Source: a virus
Taxonomy: Duplodnaviria > Caudoviricetes
Reading direction: 5' to 3' (one strand)
DNA: 48,719 nt
Virus record (IMG/VR): IMGVR_UViG_3300032234_000538
Span: 1-48,719 of that record
Positions 9,101 through 21,100 of this stretch are shown in pieces. The position numbers and the translations under genes were made by a program. Position 1 is the stretch's first letter; each line of letters starts with the position of its first letter. The notes beneath the pieces were generated by a model, which was not told the DNA's origin, did no database searches, and saw only the letters and a list, made by a program, of their open reading frames with translations.

Positions 9101-12100
9101 CCGTATCTCCGTCAAGGGCCAGCTTGCGCTCGGCGTCGGGAAGGAAGTATCCGCTTTCTCCGCCGATTATCCTAGCAACAAGAAGCTCGATATCGTCGAC
9201 GACGTGCGGATCTACGGCTTGCCTAGACTTGGAAAGTTCCTGCATCAGGACGTCGGCAGGGGTGGCCGAGTCGAGGACGGCGCCTCCTGCGGTCCTTATC
9301 TTGTGCTTGATGGACCTATGGTAGCTTCCCTGCTGATCTCCGTAGTTTCCGAATATCTTCCCTTCGTTCGTCCTGACAACCGGGCCTTCAAACCTTCCAG
9401 CCCTTCCAACGATTCCGTAGTTAGGGGTTATGGTCGGGTCCATGTGAGCCGTCAGCAGCATTTGCTTGATGGTCTCCATGTTCGCGTTGGCCGGTATCCT
9501 GATGGTTATGTAGCTGGCTGGCTGTCCGAACGAAAGCTTCTGAGCTGCGGATATGTGGGCAGGCATGCCGTAGGTGCTGAGATAGCGCAACCCCGTAGCC
9601 GCCGCATCGCTGGCCTCCTTGAGTTCTTTTGACGTGACTGCGTCCAGCCTAGACCTGTGGATAAGGCCCTGCATGGCGGCGTCAGCATTTTCATAGGCTG
9701 ATGCCATTCCAGACGAGTTGGGATCGAACGCGTCCAACATGAAGTGCCCATACGAGGACATGATCTGATGGACTCCTGCCTGAGCTTGAGCCTTGGCGGG
9801 TATCAACACGCGCTTGTTTGGATCGTAGCCAACGCCTTCGACGATCGAGAATCCGAAGCCCACGTTCCTGTCAAAAGCCCTTCCGTCCATCTTATATCCA
9901 AGGTGATCTCCGGATATGTTGACCAAGATATCTCCATTGGCGGCTCGGCTCCAAGAAAAGCCCCTGCTTGGCTTGGACTCGGCGAATCCCGTAAGGTCGC
10001 CGGCATACTTACCGACTAGGCTAAGACCGCCTCCGCCGGCTATGTAGGCACCGCTGTTTGAAGGCCCCGTCTTATATTGGATGACCCTGTCGATAGACCT
10101 GAGACCGGATCCATGCCAATCGGCTACAGCTTCCCTCATGCTGCTTCCTCCCCGCATGCCTATAAGCAACGCCGCGGAGGGAGCCCTGTATGTCAGGGAC
10201 ATGCTGGCTGGCTGTATCTCTAGGGTTTGAGTTCCGGCTGCTGCCAGACGCTTGGATATGGTTTTCCTTATATGGGCCCTGACCAAGTCCTTGGTAAGCC
10301 TGTTATTCTTACCAGCATTAAACGTCGTCTTGGACTGAGATCCGCGAGACCTCACCCCGCTCATGTATTCCTTGGACTCAGGGAACATCATCAACGCCGC
10401 GGCGATTCCTCCCATGGACGGAGCGATTACCTCTCCCGTCGTGAACATGGATCCGGGTCCGTATATGGTCGCGCCCGTGGCTGGCTGGAATCCAGACGAA
10501 GTGTCGGCGTATATCTCGTCGGCGACTAGTCCGGGGTATGGCAGGGACCTGCTCGATATGTCGGGGTTTTGCGAATAAGCGCTGTGAGAGATCTTAAACC
10601 CGTCTTCGGTGCTCATGACAGACGGCTTGTGCAACACGCCCTCATAGTCCGAAAGCTCGAACAAGGTGGCTATGAACATTTCGGTTCCTGTTCCATAGTC
10701 GGACACGCCAAGTATGTCGCTTATCAGGCTCTGCAATAGGTGCATGCTTGCATAAGCCTCCTTGGCTGCCGGAAGCGTGGAGGGATACGATCCGCTGTAG
10801 AACTCCCTAGACACCCTGTGCGTGGGCCCTTCGTTGTGGGCCTTCGCGAAGTGGTGACCCCTGTAAGCCTCCGTGTCGCCCTTTGAAGAGGCGAGCACCG
10901 ACATGTAGTTCTTTCGGATGAGGTCGATCTCATCCCTAGTGAACTTTCTGGCCAGCTCCGGGGCTATGTTCTTGTCGAACATGTATGCTCCCGCGGCCCT
11001 TCCCATGCTCTGCCAATCGTTGTCGCTGAACTTTACGGCCAAGTATTGGGCCAGCCTCCTTACTCCTATGCCAGAGGAACCGCTAAGGAGACTAGAAGCC
11101 TCCGAGATGTATTCCCGCATGTCCCTCCTAGTTCCTTCGACTCCATCCTTAGCGTAGGACCTTACCAGATCCAATATGGGGCCTTTTGCTTCATACAGGG
11201 ACTCAGCATCAGCAAGCCTGCTGAGCATGGGTATCATGGTTCCTACGAGGATAGCCCTAGCGAGGTCGTTCTTGTAGCTCTCAGACCCTTCAGGGTCGAA
11301 GCCCCTCAGGGCCTCTCCAAGCGCCCTAACCCTAGTGTCGCTGCTCAAGGCCATGTTCTCCGCCGCGTAATGAAGTCCATACGAACCTCCCGCGAGGTGG
11401 ATGGTGGACCTAGTGCTCCTGCTGTGCTTGTAGGAGTTGAACTGATCCCCTCCTATCTTTCGGAACACCTTTTCTATGACGTCGGCGAATCCAAGCTGAG
11501 GGAACCTCTGTCCTATCCTTATGAGTATGGGAGAAAGCGCTCCGAGCTGAGTTCCAATCGGCTCTCCCGGCCTGTCTCCGAAGAGATTGGCGGACACGTT
11601 GTAGTCCATTGCCGCGTATTTGCCGGAAGAAAATGCTGGCGAGGCGGAAGACGTGGTGTCGAGGCCCGTCAGTATGTGCACGTCCCTGTCCGTCGCCGTG
11701 CTTATGAGGGCCTCATGGGCCGAGGTTATGACAAGCCTCCTGTCTCCAGCCTTGGGTATGTATGACCTAAGGGTGGAAACGTGAGGCATAAGCCTGAACG
11801 TGTTAAGGTCGCTGGGGTTGTCGTATTCTGGATTGAACGACTCCGTGAGCAAGGATCCGAACATCTTCACCTCTCCCTCGGCCTCTTCGATATCGGACAT
11901 GAGCGAAAGAAGGGCCGTCGCCTTGGACCTCTGCGCCTCCAAGTGAGAATGGGCCAGCTCAAGACCAACATGGTCATCCGCCACAGCCCTCCTTATTAGT
12001 CCCCTCGTATGATCGGACAGCTCAACATTTGAAAACCTAGTAAACAGCTTGTCCGGCGCCATCGAAGAACCGAGGCCCATGTAGTTAGCCTGAGTGTTTA

Positions 12101-15100
12101 TCGCCGACAGTATGCCAGAAGCTATTTCCCTTAGCCTGCGGTGCGCCCTGAGCGCGTTCGTCGTAAGCTCGGCATTTGTCTTCACCCTATTGCCGGACTT
12201 ATCCACGCTTCCAGACTCATTGAACGCCTGATTCAGAAGGCCTATGGCAACCATGTCTCCATAGTCAGCCAGATCCAAGCTTTCGACCTCAAGAGCTTCC
12301 GCATCCCTGCTTTCATTGATGATGGTCCTGAACAGGGTATTGCCTTCGGTCTGATTACTGAGGGCGTTGGTGACCCTGCCAGAGTCAGGGAAGAACTGCG
12401 TGTCACCCTGCATGGCTATTCCAGCCATGCCAAGGAACGAGCTGTCGATGCGGGCAGTCTCGCGCATGAAGTGAGAAGCGCCGCCGAATATTCCAAATAG
12501 CGGAATGACCCCGGACATACGGCTAGACATGCCTCCGCCCATCGTCCTGAGGATGCCCTTGTCTATGACGGCGTGTTCCTTCGCTCCAAGACCATAAGTA
12601 TTGGTGCCTATGCCGGCATCGCTTCCTACGGAGCCAAGGACCCTAGACGTCCTTCCTCCGCTGGCTTCTCCTTCCTCTCCGCTCATCAGCATCCTGCTGA
12701 AGTCCTTGATGGATTCATCGATGACGCTTCCGTAGATGTGCTCCAGAAGCTCGATGCCTATGGTCCTGTCGTTGCTTTCAATCGCCAGATCAGCAACCCT
12801 TTCCGCAAGCGACGTGACCGCCATCAGGTGCTTAAACACGCGCTTCTTGAACCTCCTGACGGCCTCTTGAGCTATGCTGTCCGTATTGACCGGACCCGGA
12901 TACATGCCCGTTTCCTTCTGGAACAATATGTGCCTCGAATGTCTTTCGGGGAACACCTCGTTGAGGCTGGGCCTCCTTTGCTGAAGCCTTTCAAAGAGCT
13001 GCTGGGTAAGCTTGTTGCTTCCCGTGAGTCCCTTGAGTCCCTCGACTATGCCCCAATGCTCCTTGATGGCGGTAGTGACCACAGTCTGAAGCCTCAAGAT
13101 ACCTTCTCCGTAGGTATGCTTGGTCATGCTATCAAACATGTTCCTCATCGGATCGTCTCCGGAAAGTCCGGCGGACGAGTTAAGCAACCTGTGTATGGTC
13201 GACCTTATGGCGTCGCCCATGTCGGAGTTCTCGAAGTATGCGGCCCTGACCTTTTTGGATATCTCAGAGTCAGACATGGCCATGGCGCCCCTTATCTGCT
13301 CCCTGTTCGTGACAGCACCTGCGGACTCGAACACGGGTATCTCATGAATGACAGCCATGACGTCCGCTATCTCGGCCTTGTGCATCCTTTTTCCGGCAAA
13401 GGCTTTTGCGATCTGTTCCGCCTTTGAGGCCCTTATGCTGTCATCGTCTACGCCGGAAGTCCTGAGTGCCTCTATGAGATTATCGACTATGATAAACTCG
13501 GGGAAGTTGTTGCCCATGATGGCATCGAGGGCAGGGCTGCCCACCGTCATCTGGCTTTCTATTTCAACGGCAGCTCCTATCGCGGAAGCAAGATCTTCTA
13601 TCGTGATAGATACTCCATCCTTGGAGAGTCCTGCGGCGAACATTACCCCATTGTCGCTGTAGTTGGTTTCGTCGCGGATGTAAGAAGCATCTCCAACCTT
13701 CTCTATGCCCTTGGCCATCCCCCTGAGCTCATCGAGATTCGGAGGAGCCACCATGTTCTCTTCCATGCCCGACACTTGGGCGAGGACCCTTTGCCTGTTT
13801 TGCTTGGTCTGCTCGGAGTATTGGTAGTTGATCCTCCTCTGCGCGTCGGAGGGGACATTATCCATCCTAGGACTGCCGATCGAACTTCCGAGAAGATCGG
13901 AAAGACCGAGCAACACGCCAGACTGTTTGGCGTCCCGGCTGATTGACATTGTGCCCTCGGATATCACATACACGGCCTTTCCTCGCTCGTCTATCTTCCA
14001 TCCTCGGCTCTGGTATGCCAGCTGGTTGACCCTGTTGAGTATGTAATCCGGCTTGATGTGGTGGGTGAGCAGGGAGGCCCTAGCCAAATACCTAAGGCCA
14101 AGCTCGAACACCGCGGAATCCTTAGTAAGGACCTCGGAAGAAAGCTTCGAGCTGCCCTTTGACCCGCCTATCATTAGCAGGTTGTCGTTCCTGAAATCGC
14201 TGAACATGCCCGGGTTCATTCCAGAACCCATGTCGAACATGGCCATCTCCTTGACGAACAGTCCGGTTCGCAGGGCCGCGGGAAGCTTAACTATCTCCTC
14301 GAAGCTCTTCCTCGGCATCTTGGACAGCTCTTCGAGGCTCTTGGTGGCCCTGACCTCCGTCTCGCGAGCCATGACTTCCATGGGGTCCTGCATATACAGG
14401 GACTTCATCAGTCCATGGACTACCTCGGCTATCCTGAGGTTGGTCTGGTGCGGAGAAAGCGAAGACGCATTATTCCCGGCGGCAAAGGCAAGCCTGCTAA
14501 GCGACCTGCGAAGAGGTATGTCCGTAACCTCCTGCATGTGCTCGATGTAATCGATGCTGCCCATGACGTCCCTAGCTAGGACAGACAAGGAAGGGTCCAT
14601 TACGGACATATGGGGCATGAATGTCTGAGCCACACCCGTCAGCGTGGAAGCCTCGATCAGAGGGTCTGATCCGCTCTTGATCCTTTCCAAGGCCATCATC
14701 GCAGAAGCATTGATCTTCTTGGCAGCGTCGCGATTTACCTGAAGCCTGCTTCGGATGCTTGCGATTCCGTCTTGGTCGAACTCGGAAGCCCTCTTGGAGA
14801 GCGCAAGCTCCATGAGGTCTATGATGGTGTCGAACCTTTCGGTCATCCTGACCATCGCAGGTATCTCGTCGGCGACGAGCACCTTTGACATTGGAGCCTC
14901 GACTATGGACCTGACCGCCCTCATTACGTCCTCGCTGGAGGCGTAACCTATCGACTCCCTGATGCCGGCGGCACCCGTATCCCTTACGATGATATTGGCC
15001 AGCTTCTCATGTTCGTAGAAGTGCCTCTTGAGCATCCTTACCACGTCCGAGGTAATGGTGCCGTCGTCCGCGAACGGGGCCATGATGCCAATGTCTTCGT

Positions 15101-18100
15101 CTGAACCAAGCGCTTTGGCCGCACCGACGTAGAGGGGAGTCAGGTATCCGTATGGATTATTAGCCTCAATGAACCTAGGTCCATTGGGTCCGGGGCCGGT
15201 GGCTTCCCTTCCGACAGGGGCGCTGAAAGCGACGTCCCTCCAATCCTCGGCGACCTGTATGGAATGCTGGACTTCGTGAAGAAGGACGTCCCTGAAGTTG
15301 GACTGATAGTCCGGGAACACTCCGTGCCCCTCAAAGCCTAGGGCCTCTCCGGTCCTAGGAGTGGTAGCAGGTATGTCTATGCTTGCGGCGTATTCCTGAC
15401 GAAGGAAGTTATCTACGCCTATCTTGATGCTCCCTGACCCGGTCGGATCAAAGGCGCAACCCATGCCATGAACACAGGAGACCTCCGTCTTTCCGAGCTC
15501 AGGGTAAAGGGCGAACAGCTCGTCATGGACGAGGATATCCCTCAGCTTCAGGTTCCTAGAGTTGAAGTTATCAACGAGAGAATTAAGGTCGACCCTGTTG
15601 CCCTTGCCTACTCGGGCAAGGACGGCACCTTCGATGGCTGCCACGGCGTCGGGAAGTCCTTCCGTCAGCGCACCAGACAGGCCGGACGCGAACGTAGACG
15701 TGTTAAGCGACGCGCGGGCGTCGGATATCTCGAAGTAAACGTGCTCCTTGCCGGCGGCGTCGCGTATCTTGCCCATCAGGCCCATGGCCATGAGGATATC
15801 CCTGCGCTCCTTGGATAGGTGGGCCTCGGCCCTTCTTCCGACGAGCATGAAGTTGCTGTCAGACTGTATCGTCTTGGAGGCGTCTCCCTGTCTGGCGGAC
15901 AGCTCGATCGATCCTTCCTTCCTGTATCGCTTGATAAGGTCAGAGTAGTTCCGGAGCGCCTCGCGGGACAGTCCGCCTATCCTTGCCCCTCCGTTCCGGA
16001 CCTCATCACTCTGGACCATGGAGTCCGCGATGGAGGCGAGACCGGCTAGGACTTCAGGTCCGTTGATCTGACCGGCCGCGGCGGCTTCCATGATCTTCAT
16101 GCGCGAGATAATCATGTTCTCGGCGAACATGACCTGCTCATGGCTGACGCCATTGTCTATGAGGAACTTGGTAAGCGTGGCGTAGATGGATCCTATCTTG
16201 TCCGCATCTCCCGCCGCTTCCGCTATCCCTTGACCAAGCCTTTGGGTGAGCTGATCGATGGTATTCCTAGACAGGTTGCCCAGAGAAGAGTTCATTCCGA
16301 GCCAATCAGCCACGTCCTTGTCCATCCTAGCCATCTGCTTGGAGAAGTCATAGCCTCCGTTGGCGTTGATGGACTGAAGAGCAATAGCAAGGAACGCAGG
16401 GCTGTAGGTAGATCCCGACGCGTCAAAGACGTTTCCACGGGTGATGTTGCTGTCTGCGCCCAGCGTATCGACGGGCATGGTAAGCGCCCCAAGCCTGTCC
16501 ATCGGGTTGGTTGCCGTGGCGAATCCCGACTGAGTAGAGGACCCGGTGTCAATGACGACACTTGCGGAGCCTCCGACCGACATGTTTGAACCCCTTCCGC
16601 TTACGATGACGGGGGAGATGGAGGTTCCTATCAGGGCGTTCGCCTTGGATATCGACCTATACCTGTTGGGGTTGGCTGAATTAACGGACGACTCGATATA
16701 CATCGAGGCGGCGTTATCTATGGACGGCGTCTTTCCTCCGCCCTGCCTTCTGGTGACCTTGGTCACATATGACCTAGAAGCCGGAAGGTCATAAACGCTC
16801 GCGGCAGGCTTGGTGTATGAGGACGAAACGCCACCGACTCCCGATTTGATTCGCCCGCGCCTAGAGTCCTTCTCAGATCTGAATATAGACCTGTTGAACG
16901 TGTCTTCAGATCCGCCCGCCAAGGTTCTTTCAAAGGTGGGCTTAATAAGGTGGAAGAACGGGTTCTTGTCCCCGGCTAGGGATGATACAGCTCCATAAAG
17001 TATGGCGGCGTCATTCAGGGCGGACTGATCGCCAGAGGCATGCCTGCTTATCGCATCCTCTATTCCTTCGTAGATGGATTTATGAGTAAGGACGTTATCT
17101 ACATCCGGATCATCGACATTGGTCAGCTCCATCCATGCGAAGCCTTTCTTGGCCCCAGACTTGGCTACCTCGAGCTTCCCATTGCTTCCGAACTTTCCTA
17201 CTACCGTCTTCTTGAAGGCTCCGCCATTGGCGGCTACGCGCTTGGCCGAGTCATGCCAAGCATCCAGATAGACCTGAGCCCTTGAGCTTGCTGGAGTTTG
17301 CGACCCCCTGTTTATCAATACGTCCGTGGTGGCGTCAGAGAGACCCGGGATGAGTTCATCAAGCCCGCTTATCCAAGATGACCTTATCGGATTCTGATCC
17401 ATCAGCCCAAGCGTCTTCGCCCCGAGCGAAGGGACGGAGGCCTTGGCTTGCTGAAGGAACTTGTAATGGTGCGACTCTATATCCCTGACTACTTTCGCGA
17501 TTGAGGCGTAATTTGCGTTCGGGATGGCCGTATCCGTAAGGTCGACCATGGCATCGTTGAACATCAGGACATGGTCGGGATTGTCGGGAGCGTTGAACCT
17601 CCAGAAGCCGGCAAACATTCCTCCCATTTCAGGGACATTACTTTCCGTCCCGTAGACCATCTGAGCCTCAGAGAAGGCTCTCATGAAGTCTAGGTTGGCG
17701 ATCCTGTTCACCTGTATGTTGAGCTTGCCGGAAGCTCCCTGCTTCATCTCGCCTGAGACGGATGAAAGTATGGCCCTAGCAGCGGCTATCTCTGTTCCGC
17801 TTCTAACAATACCACTTGTCTGATCTTTGATGACGCGCTTAGCCCAATCAAGGGTTCCAAACGTAGCCCTAACAGACAGAGCGGACTTGATGAAGGCTTG
17901 GTTCGGAATGGGCTGATTGACCTTGCCCTGAGAGTCTAGGGTTACCTCTCCGGCCGCGCCGCTCTTCACCCTGTCAGCCGCAAACCCGAGAAAATCAATC
18001 TGATGCCTGCTGACGAATGCATCAACCTTGGCCTCATGGACGCTGGAGCCGGCGGAGTCCCTAGTCAACATGATGGACGCAAGGCTCATGGCGTGGCTTG

Positions 18101-21100
18101 CATTATAGACGCCTCCCGTGCTCGGGGTGGGTATGCTTCCGTTCCTAGCTGCGGTCGCCACAACCAGCGATGCTCCCGTCCTTCCGGCGAGAGACTTGTT
18201 TGCGAAGTCGGCACCATGTATGGCGACTAGCGCCCTCATGTGAGCCGGGCTAAACGAGAGGACCACATTTCTCATGTCTCCTCCGGGCCTCGACGTGGCG
18301 GTAGACCTGTCGGCGTTGAAGATAGGCTCTTCGCCCGGAACATCTATTCCATCCAGATCCAAAAGCTTGCCCTTGAATACCTCATCGAACCTGAAAAACT
18401 TCTTAGGCTCGGCGAAATCAACCGTGTATCCTCCGAGAGGATTGGGTATCTGGACCTGAACTAGGCCGCTTGGCTCATTGTTTGAGGGCTGGAAGTCCGT
18501 CAGGCTTGCGCCGGGAGTAATAGGATTGGCCGAGAAAGATGACTTCGGGCTGGTCCTAGCTACCGACGCAACATACTCGGCAGGAGTCATTCCCAGACCG
18601 CCGCGAGCTCCGTCAAGCCTTCCGGATATGCCGCCGGCTCTTCCGCCAAGCATGAACGTAGAGGTAAGGTCCTCGACCTCTCTGACCTGCTCGACGTGCG
18701 GATTGGTATCAAACACCGCATTGTCCGGTATGGTGTCGGCCTCATCCATCTCTCCGACGTCCTTGGCGGCCTTCTTCATAGCCTTGGCCGCGGTCTTGAA
18801 GACGCCGACCTTAATGCCAAACGGATCAAACAGGGCATAACCCTTCTTGCTCTCGAATATCTCGAAGCCCTGCCTGTTGCGGAACATCATTCCGCCGTTG
18901 GCAAGGGGGCTGGCGGCGAAGCCGGTCAGCTGGAAGTTCTTAGTCACGCCTTCATAGGCGATGTTATGGATGTAAGGGAAGAACGGGACGCGAGAGTATG
19001 GGTTCCACGCCGTAGGCTGAACCTGTATGTCGGCCATGGTGTCATACCGCATCGTGAAGAACGGGCGGTTGGGATCATCGGCTCCGCCCTTGTATCCGTT
19101 GGCGGGCTCATTGATCCAAGTGGCGTCCTTCGTCTTTCGTCCACCGAAGGCCTCATACATGATATCCCTGACGCGTCCCGATTCGTCTCCGAACAAGGGC
19201 TTGAAGAGCTCCGCGGTGGGGACGCGCGGTCCGTTCAGTCCGGATTGGTTGACGACGTAGGAGTTAAAGAGATGGACGAACTTCTCGAAGTCTCCTCCGA
19301 AAAGCTGCTGGACGTCAGCCCTCCTGAATATCTTCTGGAGCCTCCTGTTCTCAGCGGCGACGTCGAGCGAGTGGATGAGCACTCCTCCCTTCGGATTCCT
19401 GAGCGGGTTCCCCTGAGCGTCATGGGTCTTCACATAGACCTCGACGCTAAGCGGGACGAAAGAGCGGTAAGTGACAGGGACGTCCTTTCCGGTAAGCCTT
19501 ATGACGCTGGCTCCCTTCCTGACCTGCATGGTGTGGGCGAGAAGAGTGGCATTGAGGACGTTGTGGTGCATCGCGCCCTGCCTGTTGCGCTGGACGATGT
19601 TAATCATGCCCACGATGCCATCCCATTCCTGCTTGGTGAAGGCGCCGGACTTCTTGATTGCCTCAAGAGCGTCAGAGCTAATCGACTCCAGCTTTATCTT
19701 GGTGGCGCCCTCCTGATCGACTTCAACGAAAGGCCTGACGTCCTCCGGGACGGACCCTGCGGCGCCAAGTATAGTCTGGGCCTGCTTGGAGGATATCTCG
19801 TCCAGCTCCTTGGGGGACTTGAGCCTCATGCCGCCGCCAGCTACGGAGTTGAAGAGGTGGGTCTTTCCTGCCGATTTGGCCAAGGCCTCCTGACGGATCG
19901 GATCCATCGTGGAGGTAAGGACTTCCCCCTTCGAGTAGGCCTGACGCATGACCATGTCGATCCAAGAGTCCATGCCCGGAGTCCTGAGCATCTTTCCGTC
20001 ATCAAACAGGAAAGAATCAAAGACGGGTATCGGATATCCGTGCTGATCTTTCTGGTCGCTGAAAATCTTGGGGGTTCCGTCGGGGTTGGTGAGCCTAGCC
20101 TTGATCTCAACGCCGGCCATCTCAAGGTCGGCCATGATAAGGCTGTTCTTTCTCGCGGCCCTGTTCTCGGCCCAAGCCCTGAGCATATTCCTAGCCGCAG
20201 GGTCCTTGGTGTATTGATCGACGGGAAGGACGTTACTAAGTCCGCCTTGGTAGTAGGCGAAAGCTTCTTCAGCTACGAGCGATATGGCACCTACGAGCCC
20301 GGCAATATTGGCATCCTGAAGGTTGAGCTGGCCCTTGGAGTATAGGTCGCGGAACGCCTCGACGCTATTAGCCATGCTTGCCCCGTAAGACCTTGCGGTA
20401 GCCTCATCCATGCCCATTCGGGTCACACCATTAAGGGCATGATATGACTGTATCATGGAGTTCCACGCCTTATCCGGCATGGCTCCCATGTCCTTCGTCG
20501 CGCCAAGAAGATTCAGGAGATAGTTAGGCCTAAATATCTTGAACCTGTTCTGTCCGTCGGAGATGTATTCCATGTCTCCGTTGGCTTCCGCCACAGACCT
20601 GAGAAGCAGGTGGGCCACCTCATGTCGCCCCGTGGTGGGCCTGTAGTTCTCCCTGTTGAAGACAAGAATCTTCTTGTCGGCACCGCTCATGTCCTTGAAG
20701 TCCGCCATCATTCCGGCGGCGATGGGAGCGTCCTTGAGTATTTCGGCTATCTTTCCCGGAGTAGCCTTCATGTCTACGAGGATCTGGACGAGCTCGTTCG
20801 GGTTCTTGCTTACGTCGCCGAAGTAGAAGTTCACGTTTCCAGCGCCCATGAGCGCTCCTTCGTGTGCTATCAGCGTCTGGAGATGGGCCATCTCTATGGC
20901 GGAAGTCCTTAGGTCTCCATAGCCTTCGATGTGCTCGGCAAACCTCTTGGCGCTCTCATATCCCGTCGGGCCAAGGACTCGCCTGAAGGCCTCGACGCCA
21001 TACTGTTTAAAGTTATCTACGACCAGCTGATCCTGATGCTGGAAGCGCGTGTATGCTCCCATATGTCGGACGGTTCCAGACAGTCCTCCCCAAGCGACTC

